Origin: Azolla caroliniana
Taxonomy: Eukaryota > Plantae > Polypodiophyta
DNA: 64,000 nt
Direction of reading: 5' to 3'
Assembly (NCBI GenBank): GCA_043228905.1
Contig: JBHGNT010000012.1
Span: 12,834,001 to 12,898,000 of the forward strand
Part shown: piece by piece, positions 41,786-52,992 of the stretch
Layout: the number at the start of each line of letters is the position of its first letter
Position numbering within the stretch: position 1 is the stretch's first letter
Position numbers and translations under genes: made by a program
The notes under the pieces: model-generated
The model's input: the letters and a program-made list of their open reading frames with translations, nothing else
Database searches by the model: none
What the model was told of the DNA's origin: nothing

Positions 41786-44700
41786 TGTTGTGGAGAAAAC
41801 CGGCCTTAGGTGGAATTAGGGAATTAGGCACGTGAATCTGGACTTATGCGTGTGCACGCAAACCAACACTTTGTGCATAACTAGGAATAGGCCGATCTAA
41901 TGTGAATATCCTAGGTAGAATATATGAATAGGTTAGTAAATTGAAGTGGATGTCTGTCCGAAGGGACAGAGAATAAAGGTGATGTGACCAGGATGTAACG
42001 GTCCCTCCCCGACGGCCTATAAAAGGAAGAGGAGAAGACTGAGAAGAATATCATGTTTTGGCGAGGACAAGGTGCTATCGGACTGGGAACCGAGCTCTCT
42101 CCTCCTTTATTGTTGTTCACTCGGGTTTTGGGTCGGTTGCCTCTGCTTTGAGGAAAACCCGAGTGCTTCCGGTAGAGGCTCCACTGTGTGCGTGCGTGGG
42201 TGTGTGGTCGCTTGTGTTGGGTCTGTTGTCGGCTTGCCGGTTGTAATCTTGCAAACACTATAATCTTTCTTATTATTGGAATCAATTCTCCTATTTTCTG
42301 TCTCTTTTTGTTTCTACGAGTCTCTTCTTACGCCGTCCGGTGAGAGTGCATCTTGACCGATCGGTGTACGCGTTCGCGATTCAGTAAGCCGGTAAGTGAT
42401 ATCTGTTGTAATCAGGGCTAACCAGCTCTATGCCTACGTACTTCTCCCTCCCTCTTCTTTCTGTTGCTCCTCGGTTCAGGGCCCCTACGGTCCCACCTTA
42501 TTTTCCTACGTGTGAGTGGAACAACACGACATTAATTTGGTGAACCCGACGTGAAACAAGGTGGTAGAGGAGTCGAAGATGAGGGGATCAGAGCTTGCTG
42601 AAGCCATGGCGGCAACCGTTGATCAGATAGTAAGTGCTATGTGAGGGCACAGGCGCCCTCGACAGGGCCATTGAAGTGATCGTCGACGCAATAGACCGGT
42701 TTGGTGGGAAGGACACCACGAGCTATTTGGAGGCCTATCAAGCCGAGATGGTGATGAGGGACATTCCGGAGGATAGGCGTCTGGCCAAATTCCCTCGGGT
42801 GGTGATTCCGGGCATCCACGCAGAGGTGCTCAAGGTACAGGCTGGATGTTGTACCTGGGGAGAATTCGAAGGGGGGATCCTCGAAAGGTACGGGCTCGAT
42901 GACGCGCATCGGTTATTGAAGCGGAACTTCATGGAGTGGGTGGAGACCCCTAGGAAGGGGAGGAACGCGTCGGCGCTCCTCCGGGAGTTTGAGGAACGCT
43001 TCGCTCGGCTCTTAGCGCTAGACAAGACCGTACTAGACACAAGCCGTGTTGGATTGTTTGTCAAACCAATGGACGTGCGGGATCGGGAGCAAGTGGGTTC
43101 TTTGTGGAGACAAATGACGGGCTGACGACCGACTGGGCCGATGTAAAAAGAGTCTGCGGCTGTTCGACAAAAGACACGAGTGGGGCGACGAGGGTTCGTC
43201 GACATCGGGACCGGTTGTGGCAAGAAAGCTTGAGGAGCCGTTCGCGGCGCGAAGGGAGGAGACCCGAAGTTGGCTTGAGTTGGGCTCGGCCCCAACCAGT
43301 GTAGCCAAGGGCCCGTCCAGTGGAGCGGCTCTGGAAGAACTAACGCAGATGGTGCGCGACCTTTAAATCGCGCAGGCAGTGGAGGGAAGCCACGCAACCG
43401 GCGGCCTCCCGCCGGACAACGGTGTATGTGGTGTGACTTCGTCAGACACAGTCGGCGAGACTGCGTGGAGTTTGCGGAAGCATTGAGAAGTAATGTGGTA
43501 TACCTGTGGAACGGGCGTGTGCACGCTAGTGATACCCGGAGAGCCCTAGAAATGAACATCGGGCGTGGCGGAATGAAGCGGCTGATGGAAGAAGCGACAA
43601 AGTGCCATGCGGAGGCCGTCCACTACTCAGCGTCAGTAGGAATCCGGGTAAGAAATGACGAAGGACAAAAGACGAAAGACTCTGGATTCTAGCCGTTGGT
43701 GCTAGAAGGCCTCACTAGTGTACGATAGAGGAAGGAAGAAGCGGACTGTGCAGAGAAGTGGGTCCGGGAGGTCACCGGATGGGACGACCCGGTCGAGGAC
43801 AAGACCGGTTTTGTGGAAGCCGCATGCCAGAATTACGAAGTTCTAGTGGAAGACAAACGCACGGGAAAGGCCGGAGGGGCTGGACCCTCACAACGGTATG
43901 AGACCTGGAAGGAAGTTTTGTACTATAGGTAGGAAGTTTTGGGTCCCCAAGAACAGAGGTTGTACGATAGTCGGCGTCAGTGGTCGGGAAAAGAAGAGGG
44001 CCGAGGAGCGTTTCAAAGAGTGCAGAGTCCTCAGCCCCGACGAAGAAATTAGCAGTGTCATGGAGGCGGTCTCTTTCGACGACACCCTCGAGGAAATGGG
44101 AAAGGTGATAGAAGAAGGCCTTAGTGATGATCGGGTGATTCTGGTTAACTCGGTGGAGATTCCTGAAGTCATTGCCGAGTTCAGGAAAAGGGTTGAGTTG
44201 GATCGGATAGCCCGCGTGGATATGAGGTACAAGACTGTGGATTGGAAGGTGAGGCTAGTCACGGCACCCTTGCCGGAGGGCAACGAGGAATGAATGAAAG
44301 GGGTCACGTGGGACCCAAGTTTACGGAATCCGGTGGGCATAGGACACCGGTTCATTGACAAAACACTACGAGAGCTGAAGATAGGTGGGGGTGGCTTTCT
44401 ACTGCCGGCAGATGAAGAGCGGTTTCGGAGGATGCTCGGAAGGCACGGGAATGCCTTCGCATTCTCACCAGGGAAGATTGGGTGCGTAGACCCGACGATC
44501 ATTGAACCGATGGTTATCTTCATGGTACTGCATGTGCCTTGAAATCTCACATCCCGAAGTTGATGGAGCTGCTAAAGCAGAAGGTGGAGATGGGCATCCT
44601 CGTGCCGTCGAGTGCCTCATATTCGAATCCCTGGTTTACCATGCCGAAGAACAATGGCACGTTGCGCTTTATTCAAGACTTGTAGCCGGTCAACAAGGTG

Positions 44701-46578
44701 ACCATCCGCAACAGAGGTATTGGACCGACCATTGACGAGTTCGTGGAGGCCTTCGCCGGAAGGTCGATCTATTCGGTCGGTGATCTATACTCAGGGTATC
44801 ACCAGTTCCAACTAGCCATGGAGAGAAGGGATATCACGACAATGCGGAATCCTCTCGGCTTAGTGCGGATTTGTACCCTTCCTCAAGGAAGGAACAACTC
44901 GGTGGTGCACATGGTGAATGCGATGAACAAAGTGCTGAGGGACTGCATCTCGGACATCGCCATGCGGTTCTTGGATGACATCCCGATGAAAGGGTGTCCG
45001 GTGCAGGATAAGGATGAGTCGGTTGGGCCGGATGGATGCCGGAGATTCGTGGCGGACCACATCAACGATTGTGAGAAGGTGCTACAGAGACTCGAGAGCA
45101 CGCGACTCACCTTCTCCGGAGAGAAATCGACTTTCGGGTAGTCAGAGATCATGGTCGTCGGTCACCTATGCGGGCCTTATGGCTAGAAACCTTCCCCGGA
45201 AAAGATAGAGGCCATCTCCACAATGAAGGAAGACTGCAAGTCAGTTAAGGACGTCTGGAGGTTCTTGGGTGCGTGCGGGTTCTACCACATCTGGATACCG
45301 CATTACGCCCACGTCGCAGAGCCACTCTACGGGTTGTTGAAGAAAGGGCGCAAGTTCAAGTGGAGCAAGGAACATACAGAGTCGGTCCGGAGATTGAAAG
45401 CCAATCTACGTGATGGTAGACATGAGCTTGACCGGGATAGGAAGGGTGATCAACCAAGAGGATGAGTGCGGCGTGAGGTTCCCCATCGAGTTCGGAGCAA
45501 AGGTACTTAGTGAGCGACAGAGAGGATACACCTAGGTTAAACGCGAACTCTGGGTTATCATTTTGGCGATCAAGGTCGACAAGGACTATTTGATCAGGAC
45601 GAAGGTGATAATTGAGATGGACTGCCTGCCGATCCTTGGTATGGTTTCCGGATGCGCAACACCGGACCTGGTGATGCTCAGGTGGATCGCATACATTAAG
45701 TCCCTGAATTCGGAGATACGTCACATCTCTGGGAAGGACAACGCCATGGCCAACAGGTTTTCTAGAGCACGGTTCGACGATGAGTATGACATGGTTTCAG
45801 AGGATGAAGAAGTCGGCGTGGACTTCTTCGAGTCGGCTTATGCGACGGCGAGGGCAGGGAGCACTCTGGCTCTTAACAAGTTCAGCGAAGGCGAGTACGA
45901 CGGGGAGTGGCTCCAGATCGGTAGGTTCTAGAAAACAATGACGCCGGATGTGGCATGGACGAGAGAAGAGGCTAACCGGATGTGGAAGAAGGTGTACCGA
46001 TTCTTCCTACGGGATGGGGGCATATGGAGGCACCCGAAGAAGCGAGGCAGCATCACACTCCGTGTAGTGGCAGAAGAGCAAGAGATGTTGCTAGTAGCGT
46101 TCCACGAGAGTCCTTGGGCTGGACACCGCGGGACATGGGGCACGTTCGAGAAACTGAAGGAGAATTATTGGTGGTCGGGGCTATACCGGGACGTGCACCG
46201 ATTTGTAACAACGTGCGAGAGTTGTCAGATGCACTCCGCAATCTGACATCGAGACGAGCTACACCCAACCTACCCGCCGACTGTTCATTTCAAGTGGATG
46301 GTAGACTTCGTGACGATGCCGATGGGGGTAGGGCAGATGTGGTACCTGGTGCTTGCACGGGAGGACTTGACAAATCAGGTGGAGGGCCGCACGCTATAGA
46401 ACAAGACAACCGCAGCTGTGTGCCGGTTCCTTATCGAAGATGTAGTATGCTGGTACGGATGTGTGGGGAAGATCGGGGCTGACCGAGGGGAGCTGCATGC
46501 GCAGGAAGCGGAAGAGTTGTTCGGACGACTAGAGGTTAAGCTCTCTCTCACCACGACGTACAATCCGGAGGCCAACAG

Positions 46579-47527
46579 TGTCGACAAGATTGTGGTTGTG
46601 TGTTGCAACCACTGGGGTTCTGTGACTCGGGGATGATTAGGGTGAGAAGGTGTAACTGTAGATGGAACGATGACAAGAAGCCAAGAAGGCAAGATAGATG
46701 TGACGTTCTCGTGAAAAGAATTTTATTTGTCAAACAACACTTACAATATTTATTTGCCAAAAGTTACTTGACAAGACTTGAACTCATGAACTCTACTTGA
46801 GAAGAAGCGTTTGAGATAGACCACTTCAATCTCTTTGGTTTCTTTTTATTTGTCTTTCTCTTTCACTTTATATATACTAAATTTATATTACAAAATTTGA
46901 TTACCAAAGGAAGTTATTCTAAGAGGAATCAAACTCCCGACCTTTTGTTTACAAAAGGTGTTTGAGATACACCACTACAACTTCTTCCTTTTCTTATATC
47001 TTCCTTCTTTTCTTTAACTGTTGTCTTGATTTATTCAAGCCACATCTTCTTTGGCGAGCTCTGCATCCCACACTCACGCAAGCTTCTTCATTCGCTTTTC
47101 CTTCCTTTTCTTCTCCTTCTCCTCCTTTTCTTCTTTTGCCACCATAGGCGTGGCTTATATAGGGTGGTCAACCGCCCTACCACCCTCTTGACGCGGTTTG
47201 TCAACCGCCTAGTGCAGGCGGTTATATTTATTTTTATTTTATTGTATATTATTTATCTATTTATTTTTATTTATGTATTCTACAAATTTGATTTTGTAGT
47301 TATACATTTGAGAAATTACAAAAATAACCCTTATTTAATTTTAACTCTCCCTTTTGACATAATTACATTTGTGTCCTGAGTAACATTAATCCTTCCGAAG
47401 GTTGTATCTTGGGCTCTTGAACTCCAATTAACGAACTGAAAATTTGCATATGGTCCTCGTCACAAGCTCCATATAGGAAATTTCTTTCTATAGATTTTTG
47501 ACATCGTGAAGCAATAACTTCACAACA
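46579..47527. mobile_element. 949-bp solo-LTR-like insertion in the gypsy G integrase
   Basis: TGTCG...CAACA ends; flanking duplication ACAG; removal restores YNPEAN-RKVERGH. Confidence 0.75.
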
Positions 47528-50500
47528 ACAGGAAGGTAGAGCGCGGGCACAGACCGATCGTAAAGGCATTGGTACGGGCATGCGGGGGTCAAGTCGGGAA
47601 TTCGCCACGGCTCCTACCTTACACATTATGGGTAGAACGAAGTACAAATAGTTCGGTAACCGGGTTCATGCTGGTGGAGGTAATGTACGGGCAGAAGCCG
47701 ATCATGCCCATGGAGCAGACAATTTCCTCTTGGGCCGTGGTAGATTGGAACGCCGAGATTAGCCGGGAAGAGTTGTTGGCGCCGTGGATTCGGCAACTTG
47801 AACGAAGGCCGGATGACATGGAATGGGCAAAGGCCAAGTTGCACGCGGCAACTATAAAGAACAAGGGCCAGTTTGACCGGACGCACCGTCTACGACCGAA
47901 GAAGATCGAGGAAGGCGACTGGGTGATGGTTTACGACAACAGCCTCGACAACAAGCACAAGGCAACCCTGAATTTTGCGAGGAGGTGGTTTGGGCCCTAC
48001 ACCGTAACGAGCGCAAACGACAATGGTACTTACCATCTTGCGGAGCTCGGCGGGACGCGGATAGCGGTGCCGGTAGACGGGAAGAGGATTAAGGCCTTCA
48101 AGAAGCGGCATGAAGACAAACTAGACACAGGAAGCGAGGACGACGATGACAACTGGTACGGAGCGGATGAAGTTTCGAAGAGCAACGGGTGAATGCGAGC
48201 CGATTTTCTCCAACATTTGTCCCTCTCTGGCGCATGATGGTGAATGCGTGGTTTGGTGGGGGTGAATGTCGTGGAGAAAACCAGCCATAGGTGGAATCTG
48301 CACAAATCTGCACTTACGCATGTGCACACAAACCAACACTTTGTGCATAACTAGGAATAGGCTGACGTAATGTGAATATCCTAGGTAGAATATATGAATA
48401 GGTTAGTAAATCGAAGTGGATGTCTGTCTGAAGGGACAGAGAATAAAGGTGATGTGACCAGGATGTAACGTTCCCTCCCTGGCGGCCTATAAAAGGAAGG
48501 GGAGAAGACTAAGAAGAATATCGTGTTTTGGCAAACCCTAAACCGGTTAGCAGCACATGCTCTGCATTCGGAAATCTTCGGGGGGGCCTTCTCTCTCTGA
48601 GAGGATATCTCCGTCATTGGGCTTCGGTAACCGGCTCCTCCATTTGCTCTTCATCCGAATCCGATTCGGGGTCTTGGCCGGTTCCGGTTTCAGCTTCCTC
48701 TACTTCTTCTTCTACCGGTTCGATATCCTTACCGTAACCGGCTGGTTCCTCGAGTGCTAACCGGTCTCTTGCCAGTTAGGCCTGCTCATCGTAGATTCGA
48801 TCCTTACCGGTCTACTCGGAGTTCATTATCTTCTTCTCCGACTCCCAGTCGGCGAGCGTCTTGTCCTCCACGAAGATAATATCTCGACTCCTGAATACCT
48901 TCTAGTCAACCAGGTCCCACACTCGGTAGCTGAACTTATCGTCACCGGAAGCTGTGGGCCACACTGTTGAAGACGAAGGATCAGGTGCTATCCATCTTCA
49001 AAGAGCTCCACGTGAGAGTGGAAAGAGAAACCGGTCGGAAGCTGAAGGCGGTTCAAGTAGATAATGGAGGTGAATACCGGGGGCAGTTCGAGGAGTACTG
49101 TCGCTCGAAGGGAATCCCACTCGAATTTACCGTGCCGAAGATGCCGGAACTAAACGGGTTGGCCGAGAGGATGAACCACACCATAATGGAGAGGGTCCGG
49201 AGTATGCTGGCGCATGCAAAACTACCCAAGAAGTTTTGGGTTGAGGCACTCTCGACGATGACATATGTGGTAAACAGATCACCCTCAGTACCCTTGGACG
49301 GAGACACGCCACAGAGAGTCTGGACCGGTAAGGAAGTGTCCTACCGGCATCTGAAGGTATTCGGTTGTCTTGCGTATGTGCATGTAGCTAAGGACCGGAG
49401 AGGAAAACTAGATCCGAAGACCCGGCCATGCATATTCCTCGTTGTGGTCATCTATGAACGTCACAAACTACTGCGATCCTGCATGTGACTTCGTGTCCAC
49501 TTGACACACATTAGTATGCACCAACTCCAGTGGTGCGTGACGTCTCATCGGTGGCCTTGGTCGGAAGGAGGTCCGGTTTTGTTTACCGGCCAAACAATCA
49601 GTGCACTTCTCCAAGTGCACGTCCTTCACTGGAATAAGGTTGTCGTCTGCAAAGACTCTTCATCCCCTTCTCACTCATGTGGCATAGTCTCTTGTGCTAC
49701 AGCTCACCGACAGTGTCGGATGCCACGTTCACTTCTTCCGGGCATTCATAAGGTACAACGTGTTGACCTTTCGGGCCCAAGCCACAATCAGGCTCCCTTT
49801 GCTGAACTTCATAACACCGTTCCGGATGCTACCCGTGTAGCCTTCATCTTCTAGCCGACTGTCTAATATCAGGTTCAAACGAACCTCCGGAACGTGTCAG
49901 ACATCCTTCAGCAGCAGCTTGCATCCGGTTGGTGTTGTCAGCCACACGTCTCCTATGCCGACAATTCGGCATGTACCTTCATTCCCCATGCGGACACAGC
50001 CGTGATCACTGGCTGAGTAGGATGAGAAGCATTTCCGGTCCGGGGTAAGGTGGAACAACGCTCCGGAGTCGACCACCCAGGTCATCTCATCGCCGGCAAG
50101 GTTTATCTCACTCTCCTCGGTGATGAGCATCAACTCTTCTTCACTGCGATTGCCGTCGTTCCCTTCCGGTCCGGTCCCCTCCGGTCTTTACCGTTCCGGT
50201 CCGTTGTCCGCTTCGAATCGGTACTGTCGATTTCCTTGTCTTTACGGAAATGCCGACAGTTCTTCTAGAAGTGTCCCGGCTTGCCATAATAGAAGCAAGT
50301 AGGCCTCCCCCTTGACTTTGACCGTGTCCCCGACTTTTCCCGGTTCTGGGGACTACGGTTTCTATGTCTTCCGTGTTCCAATTCGGTAAGGAGTGCTTTG
50401 GAGTCGGAGCTTGTATCCTTATCTTTCTGACGCGCCTCCTCATCTAGCAAGCTCGACTTCACTCTTGCTAGGGATAACCGTTTCCCTTCCGGCCCGGCGT

Positions 50501-51420
50501 TGCCCAAAGTGACAACCAACGTCTCCCAGCTATCCGGGAGGGAACCAAGCAGGAGTAGCGCTAGTACCTCATCGGCGAGAGGTACTTCCAATGATGTTGC
50601 CTAGTGGATCAGCCCCTGGAAGGCATTCATGTGCTTCGCCATGCTGGAGCCATCTTGGTACCAAAGTCTTACTAGCTTCCGGAATACCGAAACCTGATTA
50701 ACAACATTTTTGTTTTGAAACATAATGCCGATCTTCTCCTAGAGCTCATGAGCCTTGCTCTCTTCATTGAAGTTGTTGTATAGGCTCATGTCGATGAAGC
50801 ACCGTATGTACGTCGTGGTCTTCATGTGCATCACCTCCCATATCGTGGCTGTTACGGGCATGACCATATAATATCCCGTGGTAAGAATTTACCGTAGTAT
50901 TCTATACACGTGGATAAGTGTGAGGGTTAAATGAGAGTGTAAAGAAGGGGAGGATTACTTTTAATCCTCGGGATTGAGACAACCCATTAGGTCAAGTGTG
51001 AACTTGCCTGGGGGCCTTGGGTTTCGCTATAAATAAGAGGCCTAGCTACCCTCATTTGAGGATCTTGGGACTACATCGAGACTCTGCTCGTGTGGTGGGT
51101 CAACTCTTGTAGCGAGCGCGCCAGCACCAGGTACGACTCGACGCCACGGCGGTGGTATGGGACGCCGATCGAGGCTCGAGTCCGTCTCGATCCCTTCGCT
51201 CGGGGGTGGTCGGGTGGATCGGCACCCTTCTTTCTCTTTCTCCTTTCTATCTATCTTTTCATTATCCTTATCTTAAGCTTACATTAGTACTATGATCTAT
51301 AATATTTGGTATCAGATTTTTTTACTAATGTTTCTTTGTTTTTCATTTGTCTTTTGATTGATGCTGATCGATCATTGTGCGGTTGGCCTTGATCCAGACA
51401 ACGATCAACAAAGAACTTCG

Positions 51421-52980
51421 GTAACTCTTTCCATATTTTTTTTTTCTATTCTCTCTTCTCCCATCTAATCATGTGTTTAGTTTATATGTAATTTTTTTCA
51501 TTAAATCAATGATGTTGTAGTGGTCTTTAATTGATTATCTAAAACGTTTACATATGTGCACGAGGTCAATACCTCGTTTGACATATTAATAATATGTGAT
51601 GAGTGTCGTATGCGTACGAGGTTAATACCTCAATTACGTATTACGTTCACGAACATATGTTACGTTTGCGTATGAGTTTAATACCTTAATTTGTTGTAAA
51701 CGATATGCGTTTGGTCTCGTATGCGTAAGAGGTCAATACCTCCATTGCGTATTACGATGATCTCTTATTTGTGGATGTTTCGTGTGCGTGGAGGTATATA
51801 CCTCGATTACGTATCTCGATCACATCATTTGTGGCTATTTAATATAACGATATGTTTAATATAGGCATATGTGGTCACATATATACGTATTTGATCGTAT
51901 ATATGTGAAAAGTAAACATATGTGTATATTCGTTATTACGTGATTATGTCGAAAGTTGTCATGGTCGGGAAAAGGATGTTGGTGGCCGTCCTCACATTTT
52001 TGTGAGAATGGCGTTGTCACCATTCCTTTTTCAACAATTTTTTATTGTTGATAACCCCGTTGATGACCTCGATTTCGTTACGTAAAGAAACGCAATAGCC
52101 ATAATGATGTTGAGTACGTAGGGCTTGACCCACTTCAAGTGAGGTCGCTCCAATGACGCACGTATCCAACATCCTTCCCTCGTCACATGGATACGATGCC
52201 ACCATGAGCTCGTTCTTACGAGAGGCATTCGTAATGACGTGACCATGTGATGGCCCACGTGAGCCTACTACGAAACGAGGGCTCATTTGGCTTCACCATT
52301 AGGTTGCACTTTGGCGTATGCCATCGTAATTACGAGACTTGAGGTTAGGTAACGTACCAACATAGTGTTGGTAAATGAGGGCGAAATAAGGACCCTTGAC
52401 ATATATGTTCTTTTAAAAAAACGTATATGATCAATTGCCTCGCATATCTCTTATACGCATCAAACATTAAGCATTCGAGAAGAGCAACTTACTTGGTTGG
52501 CTCAAGTGTTTAATGTATTTGTTCTCGAGGTCTCGAGTTCAAATATGACCAAGACCATACAACATCCTTGATACATATGACTATAACACATGTTTAGACT
52601 TAAGGTCTAAGTGCACCTCGGGGTCCTCGTAATAGGACTTAAAGAGCCGAAACCACTTATGTGGGCACCGAAACATAGTTTATTGTTAACATTTTTTTTC
52701 GTGTATAAACTATTCATGACGCGAACATACATGGTTGAGCCTCGGGGAGCCACCATGAAAAAATCGATATAGAGATCAGGGAAAGACATTTATTTGTCAC
52801 CCCCATGGTTTTTAAAACACCTTTGTGTTACCATAGTAACCTGATCTTGAACCTCATCTCATACGTCTAGAGGGGTATTGACGTGAGATAATGATATCGA
52901 TTAATGCTCGCCCATGATATGTTTACATCACGACAACATGTTATGACTATATCTCTGACCTTATCCTATTTCTTTTCCAG
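51421..52980 (+). other. Putative 5'-leader intron / large structured RNA region of element I
   Basis: GTAAC donor at 51421, CTGAC branch-like site near 52955, pyrimidine tract and CAG ending 52980, 12 nt before the ATG; many hairpins inside. Confidence 0.55.
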
Positions 52981-52992
52981 AAATAATCTTTA

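Noticed and set aside
51555-51820. CRISPR array interpretation of the palindromic repeat-linker pattern
   Set aside because: Repeats are degenerate, the context is a eukaryotic retrotransposon and there are no cas genes; kept as an RNA hairpin array instead.
52611-52670. Hammerhead-like three-way junction containing CGAAAC
   Set aside because: No CUGANGA core and no NUH cleavage triplet after the candidate stem III.
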